NCBI GenBank assembly: GCA_963575745.1
Contig: CAUYUJ010000256.1
Coordinates: 1-64,000, forward strand
DNA: 64,000 bases
DNA from: Prorocentrum cordatum
Lineage: Eukaryota
Direction: 5' to 3'
Below, one piece after another: positions 44,337 to 57,591 of this stretch (position 1 is the stretch's first letter; every line of letters begins with the position of its first letter). Under the pieces are notes generated by a model. It ran no database searches, was not told the DNA's origin, and saw only the letters and a program-made list of their open reading frames with translations. The position numbers and the translations under genes are program-made.

Positions 44337-45569
44337 CCAGCCCAATCTGTTGGAGAGTGGAGGGTGTCTTACTACTTCGTGTACGGGTCCTTCGGGCAGT
44401 TCTGCGTTCTGTACTTGGGTTCCCGTACTGGTTCGTGTTCGCCTCCTTCTTGTTCGTCGTGTTCCCCGACAAGTTCAGAGGGTGGCCGTTCTATGGATTT
44501 CGCTATGCGATTGGTCTCATCTCATCACCTCCTCCTCCTCCTCCTCCTCCTCCTCCTCCTCTTCCTCCCCCTCCTCCCCCTCCTCCTCCTCCTCCTCCTC
44601 CTCCTCCTCCTCCTCCCCCTTCCCCCTCCTCCTCTCCTCCGTCCTCCTCCTCCTCTCCTCCTCCTCCTCCTCCTCCTCCTCCTCCTCCTCCTCCTCCTCC
44701 TCCTCGCCTCCGCCTCCGCCTCCATCCCCTCCTCCTCCTCCTCCTCCTCCTCCTCCTCCTGCTCCTCCTCCTCCTCATACCTCCTCCCCAATCCTCACTC
44801 CTCCCTCCTCCCGCCTCCCTCCTCCCTCCTCGCTCTCACGCCTCCCTCCTCCTCCGCTCCTCTTCCCTCCTCCTGCATCCCCTTCTCCCTCTCATCATCC
44901 CTCCCTCCTCCTCCCTTTCCTCTCTCCCTCCCACCCTCCCTCCTCCATCCCTCATCCGCCTCCCTCCGCCTCCGCCTCCTCTTCCTCCTCTTCCTCCCCC
45001 TCCTCCTCCTCCTTCTCCTCCTCCTCTTCCTCCTCCTCCGTCTCTGCTTCTCCTCCTCCTCCTCCGCCTCCTCCTCCTCCTCCTCCTCCTCCTCCGCCTC
45101 CTCCTCATCCATCATTCGGCTGCTTGTCCGAGATCTGGTTGGGCCAGGCTGGCTTGCCGCACGCGCGAGCGGGCGCGATTGCCGCCACGGGCGCTTCGCT
45201 CGCCCAGAGGCTTGCCCCAGAAAGAGATGTGAACCCAGCCTCGGCATTCCTGGACCCAAGATCGATGCATACGCCTTTCTGGCTCGGCCAAGGAGGCATC
45301 TGCACCGATCCTGGGCCCAGGACGAGCCTGGTCAGTATCGGTGCATGTGCACACTTCTCGTCGCCCGACCAGGGGGGGGGAGAAGGAGGAAGCACGACCA
45401 CAGAACTTCACCTGACGCGGCCTCGATCGCTGAGCGAATCAAAACGTCGCCAGGCAAATGCCAGGAAGGGGCGCGGCGGGGGGCCGAGGGCGCAGGGGCG
45501 CAGCCAACCCCGATGCGCAACACGCAGCCCGAGCGTGTTAACACAGATCTTTCCATGGAGAGTGGTGAG

Positions 45570-46868
45570 CATACCTGAGAACGAGTCGGACCTGCGGCCG
45601 ACTTCAGTAGGCTCAATTGTGATGCGGTGTTGGTTGAGTGCTCCGCCGATGGCCTTACCACAACCGTGTGATACGCAATGGGCTGGGAAGCGGGGAGTGA
45701 GTGTGGCACATGCGATCTCTCAATGACTTGCCGACTGTACCCAAGCTGATGCAGGTGTGGAACTGGACTTGTCTCGTGCCTGCGACAACATCAATCAAGA
45801 AATTGGGGAAGCTGCGTTGTTGGCCACAAGTACTCCTGACAGGATGGTGTACACGGCCTTTGCAGCGCGGACTGGATCTCGGTCTCTAAGTGTGGGTAGT
45901 GAATATGCTGCTCCTGTTCTTCCTCAACGTGGGTTGCCACAAGGTGACTCGATTGCGACAGCAGCGATGGCATGTACTCGTACTCCGTGGAGGCCGTTCT
46001 GAGGACAGGCGTACATGGATGACAGGAGCCTCACAGGTGCTACGAGAGAACAACTACAGGACGACCTCGACATGACGGCAACCTTCGACAGGGATTGCGG
46101 CTTCGTGAAGAACCAGGCGAAGAGGCAAGTCTGGACCCGAGAAGATGATCCACCAGCTCTTGTGGAACATTTGGGATTCCGAGGTAGGCCTGTTGATCAT
46201 GATTATCCTATCTTGCCTCGATTGGGGTGGGGGAAGGTGTTCCAAGCAGTTGCGACTTTGAACAGCATTCCAGGAGGCGCAGATGCTAGAGAAAGATAGG
46301 CTGTCAATTACATCAGACCGTTGTGGTATTGGGCTTCACCGGTACTGGCACTGGTTCCTGAGAAGGTGGCGACACTACTACACAAGGCCGTGATTCGGTC
46401 TTCGTCGAAGTGGTGGTGTAGACACAGGTGGTGGGCTCAGAGAATACACCTGCATCCTCGGTATGGAGGCGCTTTGTATGCACTGACGACGGCGGTCCAT
46501 GAGAACTTAGTTGGTCAGAGTTTGCTCAGTGGCTGCACATGCAGAAGTGTTTGGACAAAGTCGTGTGAGGTGTTCGCCACAGCAGGGTTGTCATTTGGAA
46601 GCTCAGCCCGACGTTGATCATAGAGATCTGGATGCAGTCCGTTGGAGTTTCCTGCCAGGCACTTATCGGTTCTGGACGAGGCGCCCTCACCAGGAACGGT
46701 ATCGAGGCCGACTCGAGCATGGACTGCGCACAATTGCTAGGGTACGATGTTTCCAACAAGGACAGACAAGATGCAGGTGTGATACCAGAGATTGATCCGC
46801 ACATCTTATCTTGTCTTGTATGTCAGAAGTTCATGAAGAAGTTTCCAAAGGCCGAAAGGAAGCTGCTC

Positions 46869-46911
<43 letters not shown>

Positions 46912-47260
46912 AGTTCTGGTGGTGTGGCCTCAGAGGCGCGGAGGCAATATGGCAACACATGTTCTTTTTGCCGTGCGGACTGGCCTTCATTTCGCCATGT
47001 ATGGGCTGAGTGCCCAGAGTTTTCTCGATCAAGAAATGAATATCTCACAAGTATGGGCCTCCTGCCAATTTCTGGACTTCGGTCCCAAAGGTGACTGCTA
47101 AGAGTGGCTGGGTGACACTTGGACAAGCAGATTCTCTCAACCAGCGTGATGTGATGATGCAGGCCGCCTGTGGGTTGGCCCTCGAGATCTTGCAGCTGAA
47201 GCCAGACCAGCGTTTACATCCAATGGAGTAGACATCCAGTACTGGGGCTACCTCATAGTC
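45570..47260 (+). mobile_element. Decayed non-LTR (LINE-like) retrotransposon: reverse transcriptase and C-terminal CCHC fragments
   Basis: ELDLSRACD, RGLPQGDS, WMDDRS, GFVKNQAK and VEHLG occur in RT order, followed by CSFCRADWPSFRHVWAEC. Stops, frameshifts and an (AT)n insertion at ~46872-46904 disrupt it. Boundaries are approximate. Confidence 0.8.
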
Positions 47261-48499
47261 ACGATGCGCCCAGACACCCTCTTCTTCTTCTGAGCTCAAC
47301 ACGCAGATTGGAAACGCAGGTCTTGCGCGATACGTTCGCCAAGACGTGGGCCAAAATGTGCCCAGGCAACAGGGAGCGTGTTAACACGGACGTCTTGAGC
47401 ACGGCACCTCTTGCGTTTCAAAACGAGCGTGCCAGGGAAGCTAAGCACAGGGAGTCGGCGGCAGTGCGAGGGCTCCTCCTCCTGCCATTCCTCCTCCTCC
47501 TCCTCCTCCTCCTCCTCCTCCTCCTCCTCCTCCTCATCGATCTCCTCCTCCTCGCTCTCTTCCTCCTCGACCTCCTCCTCCTCCTCGACCTCCTCCTCCT
47601 CCCCCCCCTCCTCCTCCTCCTCCTCCTCCTCCTGATCGTCCTCCTCCTCGACCTCCTCCTCCTCCTCCCCCTCCTCCTCCTCCTCCTCCTCCCCCTCCTC
47701 CTCGACCTCCCCGCCGCGGTTGGACTCGGCTCGGTGGGGGGGCCCTACCCCGAGGCCTGGGCCGGCCGGTGGCGGCCGTCTCGGGGCATGGCCCGTGGGC
47801 CAGGCTCTGTTCTCTAGACCTGCGCGGAGCGCAGACCGCCCTCGCCGGGCGCGCCAGCAGCTGCCGTGGCATGCTGGACCCCTGGACCTCCTCGACATCC
47901 CTCTCCACCTCCTCCTGAGCCTCCTCCTCCTCCTCCTCCTCCCCTCCCTTCCTCTCCTCCCTCCCTCCCCTCCCTCCCTCCCTCCCCTCCCTCCCACCTC
48001 CCTCCTCCCTCCTCCCTCCTCCCTCCCTCCCTCCCTTTCTCTCCTTCTACCTCCCTCCCTCATCACCATCAAGCGCATGTCCTTCAAAATCAAGGCCCGC
48101 CGCAAGAAAGCACGCGTCGCCGTCGCTTGCGTACGCTATCCACCCGTGTCGCACACCCCGATCGGCCTGGAACGCCTTCTTCGCCGTGGTCGCCTTGTTC
48201 ACACCTGCATTGACCTTTTCGGGAGCCCCTCCCTACCGCGTAACTAAGCGCGTATGCCAACAGGGCCCCCACCCCTCATCTGACTTCCAGAAAAAGGTCG
48301 AGGAGAAGGAGGTGAATCTCGACACGTACGGCTCGCTCTAGAAGCACTGGATCGAAACATGTTGACACGAGATCGTTTTCCCCAGCCATCCTCTGGTCGT
48401 GAGTCCTCGTTGCGAAGAGACAGCGCCCCACGTCTCACTCCTCCTTCCTCCTGATGCCTCGTCCCCCGCATCCCTCCTTCCATCCTTGCCTCTGCCCTG

Positions 48500-49190
48500 C
48501 GTATGTGCATGCCGGCACGCCCCTCACATGTCTCGGGACCACGAGGAAGCTTCAACCAATGTCCCAATGCCACCGTTCGCATGCGTCTCCCATCCATTAC
48601 GGCACGCCCGTCACAAGGTCCGTGGCCCCACAAGGAGGAGATCCTCCCAACACCCCAGCGCCACCGTTCGCACGCGTCTCCGCCGCCCATTGCGGCGCAC
48701 CTGTCACACGATTCGTGGCCCCTATCAGAAGCTCCAACCATGGCCCTGGTGCCATCGTTCACGTGACTGTCCCCCGCATATTGCGGCACACCCCTCACAC
48801 GTTTCGTGGCCACTATCGGAAGCTCCACCAATGGCCCTGGTCCCACCGTTCACATGCGTCTCCCCTGCCCATTACGGAACACCCCTCACGCGGCTCGTGG
48901 CCCCTACCGGGAGCTCCACTCAAGGCACCAGTGCCTCCGTTCACATGCGTCTCCCCTGGCCATTCAGGCGCACCCTTTACACGGATCGTGGCCCCTATCG
49001 TGAACTCCACCCAAGGCACCAGTGCCACCGTTCGCATTCGCCTCCCCCGCCCACTACGGTACACCCCACACACGGTTCGTGTCGTGGCCCCATAGGAAGC
49101 TCCACCCAAGGTCCCAGCGACACCATTCGCACGCGGGCCCCCCCACCCATTACGGCACACCCATCATACGCGTCGTGGCCCCCCATTTTA
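48500..49190 (+). repeat. ~91-bp minisatellite, about 7-8 diverged copies
   Basis: A CCACCGTTC(G/A)CA core recurs near 48570, 48661, 48752, 48843, 48933, 49025 and 49121. Confidence 0.8.
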
Positions 49191-49777
49191 TCCCATCTGC
49201 CTTGCGATACTGGCAGCTGCATGTGGTTGGGTCCTTCGCCCGGATAGTTTGATTCCCCCCCGTAACGACTGCTACCAGGAGGGAGGTCGGGCCTGCGAGC
49301 GCCACAGCATGCGTGTGAGCACCAGGACACGTATGTCATCACCAAAGCACTTCAGTGAACACCGCGCCATGCCTGTGGGTGGAACGGCACCCCCACCGCG
49401 CACGCTCGGTCCCGTTACGGCCGTTACGGGGCGGGGGAGGGGCGGGGAGGGGCCACCCTCCGTAACGGAAATTACTGGCTCCTGAATAAATCAATGAGCT
49501 GTTTGCCTCCGCCTGCTTCCGCCCGCCTTCCGCAGGAAGAGCCGCCGACAGCCTTTACTTCCGCCAACTTCCGCGGGCCTTCGGTCGAAGAAGCGAAGAC
49601 ACATTCTCGAACCACCGAACCCGAGACCCTTTCTGGAGCGCCCCACGTACACTGGGAGGGAGGAGGGAGGAGGTAGGAGGCAGGAGTTAGGAGGAAGCAA
49701 GAAGGGGGAGGGAGGAAGGACGAGGACGACGAGGTAGAGGAGGAGGAGGAGGAGCAGGAGGAGGAGGAGGAGAAGGA

Positions 49778-49877
49778 NNNNNNNNNNNNNNNNNNNNNNN
49801 NNNNNNNNNNNNNNNNNNNNNNNNNNNNNNNNNNNNNNNNNNNNNNNNNNNNNNNNNNNNNNNNNNNNNNNNNNNNN
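49778..49877. other. Scaffold gap (100 N)
   Basis: Run of N. Confidence 1.
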
Positions 49878-52800
49878 GTGTGTCTGTGTGTCTGTGTGTC
49901 TGTGTGTCTGTGTGTCTGTGTGTCTGTGTGTCTGTGTGTCTTTGTGTCTGTGTGTCTGTGTGTCTGTGTGTCTGTGCGTCGTTGTGTCTGTCTGTGTGTC
50001 TGTCTGTAAGTCTGTCTGTGTGTCTGCCTGTGTGTCTGTCTGTGTGTCTGTTTGTGTGTCTGTCGGCGTGTCTTCCTGTGTGTCTGTATGTATGTCTGCC
50101 TGTGTGTCTGTCTGTGTGTCTGTCTGCGTGTCTGTCTGTGTGTCTGTCTGTGTCTGTCTGTGTGTCTGTCTGTGTGCCTGTCTGTGTGCCTGTCTGTGTG
50201 TCTGTATGTGTCTGTGTCCGTGTCTGTATATGTGTCTGTGTCTGTGTCTGTGTCTGTGTCTGTGTCGGTGTCTGTGTCTGTGGCTGTGTCTGTGTCTGTG
50301 GCTGTGGCTGTTTCCGTGTCCGTGTCTGTGTCTGTGTCTGTGTCTGCGTCTGTGTCTGTGTCTGTGTCTTGTGGTGTGTTGTGTTCTGTTCTGTTCTGCT
50401 CTGATCTGTTCTGGTATGTTGTGTTGTGTTCTGTTGTGGTGTGTTGCGTTGTGCTGTGCTGTGCTGTGCTGTGTTGTGTTGTGTTGTGCTGTGGTGTGGT
50501 GTGGTGTGGTGTGCTGTGGTGTGTTGTGCTGTGTCGTGTCGTGTTGTGTTGTGGTGTGTTGTGTTGTATTGTGGTGTGGTGCGGTGTGTTGTGTTGTGCT
50601 GTGTTGTGGTTGGGTTGCGTTGCGCGCGCGAGAGCGTGCGTGCGTGCGTGCGTGCGTGCGTGAGGGCGTGCGTGTGTGTGTGTGTGTGTGTGCGTGCTTG
50701 TGTGTGTGTGTCTGTGTGTGCGGGGTGGTGGGGTGGGGAGGTGATGTGTGTGGTGTGAATGGTGTGCGTGGGGTGTGTGTGTGTGTGCGTGTGCGTGTGT
50801 GTGTGCGTGTGCGTGTGCGTGTGCGTGTGCGTGTGCGTGCGCGTGTGCGTGCGCGTGCGCGTGCGCGTGCGCGTGCGCGTGCGCGTGCGCGTGCGCGTGC
50901 GCGTGTGCGCGTGCGTGTCGTGTGCGTGCGCGCGTGCGCGTGCGTGTGCGTGTGGCGTGTGGCGTGCGGGTGTGTGTGTGTGTGCGTGTGTGCGTGTGCG
51001 TGTGGCGTGTGGCGTGTGCGTGTGCGTGTGCGTGTGCGTGTGGCGTGTGCGTGTGCGCGTGCGTGTGCGTGTGCGCGTGCGTGTGCGTGTTAGGTGTGCG
51101 TGTGGCGTGTGCGTGTGCGCGGGCGTGTGCGTGTCGCGTGAGGCGTGTGGCGTGTGGCGTGTGCGTGAGCGTGTGCGTATGCGTGTGCGTGTGTGCGTGT
51201 GTGCGTGTGCGTGTGTATGTTTGGTGTGTGCGGTGGCTGCGGTGCGTGCGTGCGTGCGTGCGTGTGTGGGTGCGTGTGTGCGTGCGTGCGTGCGTGCGTG
51301 CGTGCATGCGTGCGTGCGCGCGTGCGTGCGTGTGAGTGCGTGTGAGTGCGTGCGTGCGAGCGTGCGCGTGCGCGTGCGCGTGCGCGTGCGCGTGTTCGCG
51401 TGCGCGTGTGCGCGTGTGCGCGTGTGCGCGTGCGTGTGCGTGTGCGTGTGCGTGTGCGTGTGCGTGTGCGTGTGCGTGTGCGTGTGGGTGTGGGTGTGGG
51501 TGTGGGCATGGGGGTGGGTGTGGATCTGGGTGTGGGTGTGGGTGTGGGTGTGGGTGTGGGTGTGGGTGTGGATCTGGGTCTGGGTGTGGGTGTGGATCTG
51601 GGTCTGGGTCTGGTTGTGGGTGTGGGTGTGGGTGTGGGTGTGGGTGTGGGTGTGCGTGTGGGTCTGGTTGTGGGTGTGGGTGTGGGTGTGGATCTGGGTC
51701 TGGGTCTGGGTGTGCGTGTGGGTGTGGGTGTGTGGGTGTGGGTGGATGTGTGTGTGTGTGCGGGTGTGGGTGTGGGTGTGGGTGTGGGTGGGTGTGGGTG
51801 TGGGTGTGGGCGTTTGCGTGTGTGTGTGGGTGGGTGTGGGGGGGGGTGGGGGTGTGTGGGTGTGTAGGTGTGTGGGGTGGGTGTGTGTGGGTGTGGGTGT
51901 GTGTGGTTGTGTGGGTGTGGGTGTGTGGGTGTGTGTGTGTGTGGGTGTGTGGGTGTGTGGGTGTGTGGGTGTGTGTGTGTCTGTGAGTGTGTGTGTGTGA
52001 GTGTGTGAGTGTGTGTGTCTGTCATTGTACGTTTCTCTATACCCATCCTTATCATCGATATCGGCTGTATCTCCCTGCTCGCAGACCCCCCACGTCGCGA
52101 TTTTGTTCACAACGTTGACCCCTTCCGGACCGGTTTCTCGTGCCGAGTCGTTTTCTGACGGCCCCGAGGCCCGATCAGGGCCCCTGGAAGCCGAAAACAG
52201 CGAAAAACCTCCCGTCGTGATTTCTGTCACAACGCGAGGGGGTCTGGGATTGTAACTCCTACAATCCGTAAATAGCGAAAGACCTCCCGTCGTGATTTCT
52301 TGACAGCGCGAAGGGGTCTGGACTGTAGCTCCCGGAGGCCGAAAATAATGAAAAACCTCCCGTCGTGATTTTGTTTCACAGCGCGAAGGGGACTGGGACT
52401 GTAGCTCCCAGAAGCCGAACACAGCGAAAAGCCTTCCGTCTTGATTTTTGTCCCACAGCGCGAGGGGGTCTGGGACTGTACCTCCCTGCTTCCTGCGCCT
52501 CATCCTGACCAGGGCGTCTGGCTTGCTGTATGCTCTATCTCGAGGGCGCGTCAGCGGCCAAGGTGCCGCTGGGATGGAGCGCCCAAACGTGAACACCCTT
52601 ACAACAACCTCGGAGCGGAGACTCATAAGAGTTGTGCACCCTCCTCAGGGCCCCTTTCAAGAATGGCCCCTATCGAAGGCAGGAATAGCCCAGGAACAGC
52701 CCATGGCGCGCGACACCCGCGGCGCCGTCCTCCCGGAGGGAACGCATGGCCGCCCCCAGCCGCTCGTCGTCGCCCGCGGGCGGGCCTCCCGCGCCCGCGG

Positions 52801-53595
52801 CGCCGTCGATGCCCGCGGCTCCGTCTGGGGGCGACGGCCCAGGGGGTCCCCCGCAGGACCCTCCTCCTCCTCCTCCTCCTCCTCCTCCTCCTCCTCCTCC
52901 TCCTCCCCTCCCATCCTCCTCCCCTCCCCTCCCCCTCCTCCTCCTCCTCCTCCTCCTCCCTCCTCCTCCTCCTCCTCCTCCTCCTCCTCCTCGCCCACTC
53001 CCTCCTCCTCCTCCTCCTCTCCTCTCCTCCTCCTCCTCCTCTGCCCTCCTCACTCCTCCTCTCCTCCTCCTCCTCCTCCTCCTCCTCCTCCTCCTCTCTC
53101 CTCTCCTTCCTCCTCCTCCTCCTCCCCTCCCCTCCCCTCCTCCCCTCCTCCTCCTCTCTCCTCCTCCTCCTCCTCCTCCTCCTCCTCAACCCCTCCCTCC
53201 TCGCCCTCCTCCATCCTCCTCTCCTCCTCCTCCTCCTCCTCCTCTCTCCTCCTCCTCGCCCCCTCTCCTCCTCCTCTTCCTCCTCCTCCGTCTCTCCTCC
53301 TCCTCCTCTCCTCTCTCCTCCTCCTCCTCCCCTCTCCTCCTCCTCTCCTCCTCCTACCTCCTCTCCTCCTCCTCCTCTCCTGCTCCTCCTCTCTCCCCCT
53401 CCTACTTCCTCCCGTTCCTCCGTTCCTCCTCATCGTCCTCCTCCTCCTCCTCCTCTCTCCTCCTCCTCTTCCTCCTTCTCTTGTTCCTCCTCATCCTCGT
53501 CCTCCTCCTCCTCCTCTTCCACCTCCTTCTCTTCCTGCTCCTGCTCCTCCTCCTCCTCCTCCTCCTCCGCCTCCTCCTCCTCCACCTCCTAGCCA

Positions 53596-53683
53596 TAGGG
53601 GGCCACATGCGAACGAAGTGAACCCCACCCTCCCCCTCAGAAATCGCGGGGGGGTAGGGAGAGGGTTCGCATGTGGCCCCCTA
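53596..53683. mobile_element. Duplicate of the 88-bp MITE
   Basis: Same TIRs and AGCCA flanks as 32952-33039. Confidence 0.7.
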
Positions 53684-53943
53684 AGCCATTCCTCACTGGG
53701 GAAGAGGGGCTCTGGCTATCAGCCGCCAACTTGGGAGTATCAGTGCGGTTGATGAGCCATCAAGAATGGTGGGCCCCTGTGTCCGCAGCAGCAGCGCTGT
53801 GACTAGGCCCCGCCGAGGCACGCGCGCACGATGACGTCCTCGTTTCTCCCCCGTCTTTCTTTCCCCCTCTCGCCTTGTCATCAAAGACGCGCGGTGCGAA
53901 TCACCGTCCAGGCTGAGAGCAGGTCACCAGATGGTCTCAGAAT

Positions 53944-54814
53944 GCCGGTTAGGTTCACCTATGACCTGAACAGCAAGTGCGCAAGAAACCGAGCGGAGCC
54001 CAACGTGAGCAGCTACAACAACGGCATCCACAAGAAGCTTGAGCTCGATGCCAGGGACGGCAGCGCTGGGATCAGGGAGAGCGCCGGCGAGACACCTAGC
54101 TGCGAACAGCGGGAGGTGAAGTCCGAACCCGATGTCATCCGCTACACAGCTGGCGCTGGCGAAGGACGAGTGGCGACGGCAAAGGACGAGGCCGACGTCA
54201 TCAGCCATACTGCGACGATGAGGAGCAGCGAGCACGAAGGCGACGGACGGGTCGGCGAAGTACGAGCCCAACGTCGTCAGCTACAGCGCGGCGACGCCAG
54301 ACAGCCACTGCGAGCGTGAGCGAGGGTACGGCGAAGTACGAGCTCAATGTCATCAGTTACAGCACCGGGATCAGGGCACGCCCATTGGCGGCCTCGCGTC
54401 GACGTGAGAAAGGCGAACAAGGGGCAGCAGGCTCTGGCGCTGCTCGACGAGAAGGTGCAGGCGAAGCGAACGCCCGACGCCATCACCCGCAAACCTGGGC
54501 TCAAGGCGAGCGAGAAGGCCGAAGTCCGATCCTGCGGGAAGCGGGGGCGAAGCGGGAGCCCAAACTAGTCACTGAAAGTGGAAGGCGAAGCTGGAGCCCA
54601 AGGTCGTGTAAAACTTGGGCGAGAAGGGCGGGCAGTGGCAGCAGGCTCTAGCGCTACTCAACGAGAGGTAGAAGGCGAAGCAAAAGCCCGACGCCATCAG
54701 CTACAGTGCCCCAGCTGGAGTCCGAACGGGACGGCGACAACGCTGGTCAAAGCGCGGGCGAGACAGGCGAGCGGTGGAAGCAGGCGCTGGGCGAGATCAG
54801 CTCGTGGGGGCATG
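53944..54814 (+). pseudogene. Duplicate of the decayed PPR array
   Basis: Same ORF fragments as 33300-34170. Confidence 0.65.
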
Positions 54815-55150
54815 TTGAGAGAAGTGCGAGAAATCTGCTTCCTAGTTGGCTGGCGCGGCGCGGGAACGGCCCGATGCGGCCAGCCGACCCACGGCGCGAA
54901 TCCACTCCTCCTCCTCATCCTCCTCCTTCTCCTCCTCCTCCTCCTCCCCCTCCCCTGAGATCCTGGCGCTGCAATATGTCGCCTCGGGCGATTTCGCGTG
55001 GCGTCGGGCCCCCGGACCCTCCCAGACCGGTCTGGCTCGAAAAATGGCGCAGAAAGCTTGGGTCTGGCGCTACGGTCGTGATTTTGCACGATGTTGCAAG
55101 TGTTCGCGCAGCGTCGGATCTCCGGGAAGGCATCGGCGGCAGAGGGGGGT

Positions 55151-55184
<34 letters not shown>

Positions 55185-57327
55185 GGGAAGAGGAGGAGGA
55201 TTGATTGAGGGAGAGAACCAATGGGCGAGCCACCTCGGAGCTCAGAGGTGAACGGCCAGACACCCCTGGAGGAATGACAGACCACCCACCCCGCCAGGTC
55301 CTGATACCGCTCATCCCCGCCAAACAATGGAAGCCTCAGAAGTCCTCGCAAGAACTCTAACAGCGGCACTATCGCTTCCATGTTGTGCCAGCCCCGCCGC
55401 GTGAGGCGGGGCCGGCAGGACGAGGAGGGAGGAGGAGGAGGAGCAGGAGGAGGAGAAGTAGAATGAGGAGGAGGAGGAGGAGGAGGAGGAGGAGGAGGAG
55501 AAGGTTCAGGGTTCAGGTCCGGGGGTCGATGTTTGAGCAGGATGGAAGGCAGATTTGTCCATCCACTCAGGGCTCCCACAAGAGACACGAGCGGGAGGGG
55601 GGTGGAGGAGGAGCGGGGAGGCAGGAGAAGCGAGAAGGGAGGAGGGGCGAGGAAGAGCGAGGAGGGAGACGTTGAAATCCTCCGCCCCCTTGGGGCCGCC
55701 ACGGCCAGAACCGCCCCAGAATCCTGGTCAGGACGCGCACCAGGAAGGGGCCCCGGGGTCCACTGACAAAAATGAGGGAGGAGGGCTTGCCATCGCTCGA
55801 AGCCTATTGCCCGTACATGTTTCGGCTCCGTGCGCCTTTTTTTCGCGAGACGATCAGAGATGCTCCCCGACGGTCCTCGCCGAAAAACACACACGTCCGA
55901 TCGATGTCAAGATACCCAGCGGTCAGAGGAAGTAGGCAGAAACAAGAAGGAAGGCGTTGAAGGTAGATTGAGTTCCGTCCGCCCCTTTGCGAGGACAGAA
56001 AAGGTGAAGCCACTCGATCATTAAGTAGGAAGGCGATTGAGCTTTTATTTGAATACGGGAATCCCAAGATACCCACTTTCGACGACCGATGGGCAGGGAG
56101 GAGGCCGCAGGGGAGGATCCAGCGGGGCCAGGGACAGCGGGGCGGACGGAGAGGGGCTCCTTCTCCAAGCGGCGTGGCGGCCGCGCACGAATGGGCGTGC
56201 TCGCGGCCTGCCTCTCGCTTCCAGCCACGAGGGAGGAGGAGGAGGAGGAGGAGGAGGAGGAGGAGGAGGAGGAGGAGGATGGAGGAGGAGGAGGAGGGGG
56301 AGGAGGAGGGGAGGAGGAGAGGAGGAGAGAGGCAGGAGGGGAGAGGAGGAGGGGGGGGAGGGGGAGGGGGAGGGGAGGGGAGGAGGCGGCAGCAGCAGCG
56401 GCAAGAGGCCGGGGACACAGAGGGCCCGCAGAGCAGACAAATCCGCCGAGCCGGACGAAGACCACAGGGAGAAGAAATCAGCTGAAGCAGACAGCGCGCG
56501 GAGGCCGAGGACAAGGAGGGTCTGGCCCCAAGGCCGGGGACATCCGCCGAGCCGGACGAAGACCACAGGGAGAAGAAATCAGCTGAAGCAGACAGCGCGC
56601 GGAGGCCGAGGACAAGGAGGGTCTGGCCCCAAGGCCCATGGAGGGCCCTGGGACCCGTCGGCTTTCAGGCGAGACGAGGGGGGACGTCAGGGGGGGGGAC
56701 CTGCTCGAGGGGGGGCGGGCGACCTCGAGCCTGAGTCGGCGATACCTCTCCGATAGACCAGCGATCGGCCCCGAGAGCGAAGCCGAGCGCTCCTGGGCGG
56801 GGCGGGCTACATCCGGCCCCTGTCGGCGACTGGTGGGCGACGGGCGGCCGACGCGTCCCCCATGGAGCCTAGAGTAGGGGCTCGACCACAAGAAACCTTC
56901 CACAAGAAGCCCAACCCTGAGATCCCATGACGTCCACGGAGCTTCGGGGTGAGGGAACGCCACGCGCTCCATCGCAAGACCATCCCGAACCCCAGAAGCC
57001 CAGGGCACCCTGGAGGCAGGCAGGGTGCTTCTTGACGTGGGTCTCCACTGCTTCTTCGCCCCCCCAAGACGCTGCCCCCGACTCGGCCTCTGGTCTTCGC
57101 GCCACACAGCTCGGGCCTGCGGCGGCCGTCGGGGACGCTCCAGGCAACCCCCGGGAGCGCTCTCGGCCAGGCGCCACCGCTGGAAGGGGCCCCCCGAGGC
57201 TGGAAAACCGCCGGGGACCGCTGGAAACGTCCCAGGCCTTCGATCCTCGAACCTCGGAGGTGTTCATCCACCCCTGAGCCTTCCCCCCCCGAAAACCTCG
57301 AAGCTCGAACGTCGACGACGACAAGAA

Positions 57328-57394
<67 letters not shown>

Positions 57395-57416
57395 AAGAAC
57401 GACGACGACGACAAGA

Positions 57417-57514
<98 letters not shown>

Positions 57515-57532
57515 TGCGGCGACGACGACAAG

Positions 57533-57591
<59 letters not shown>

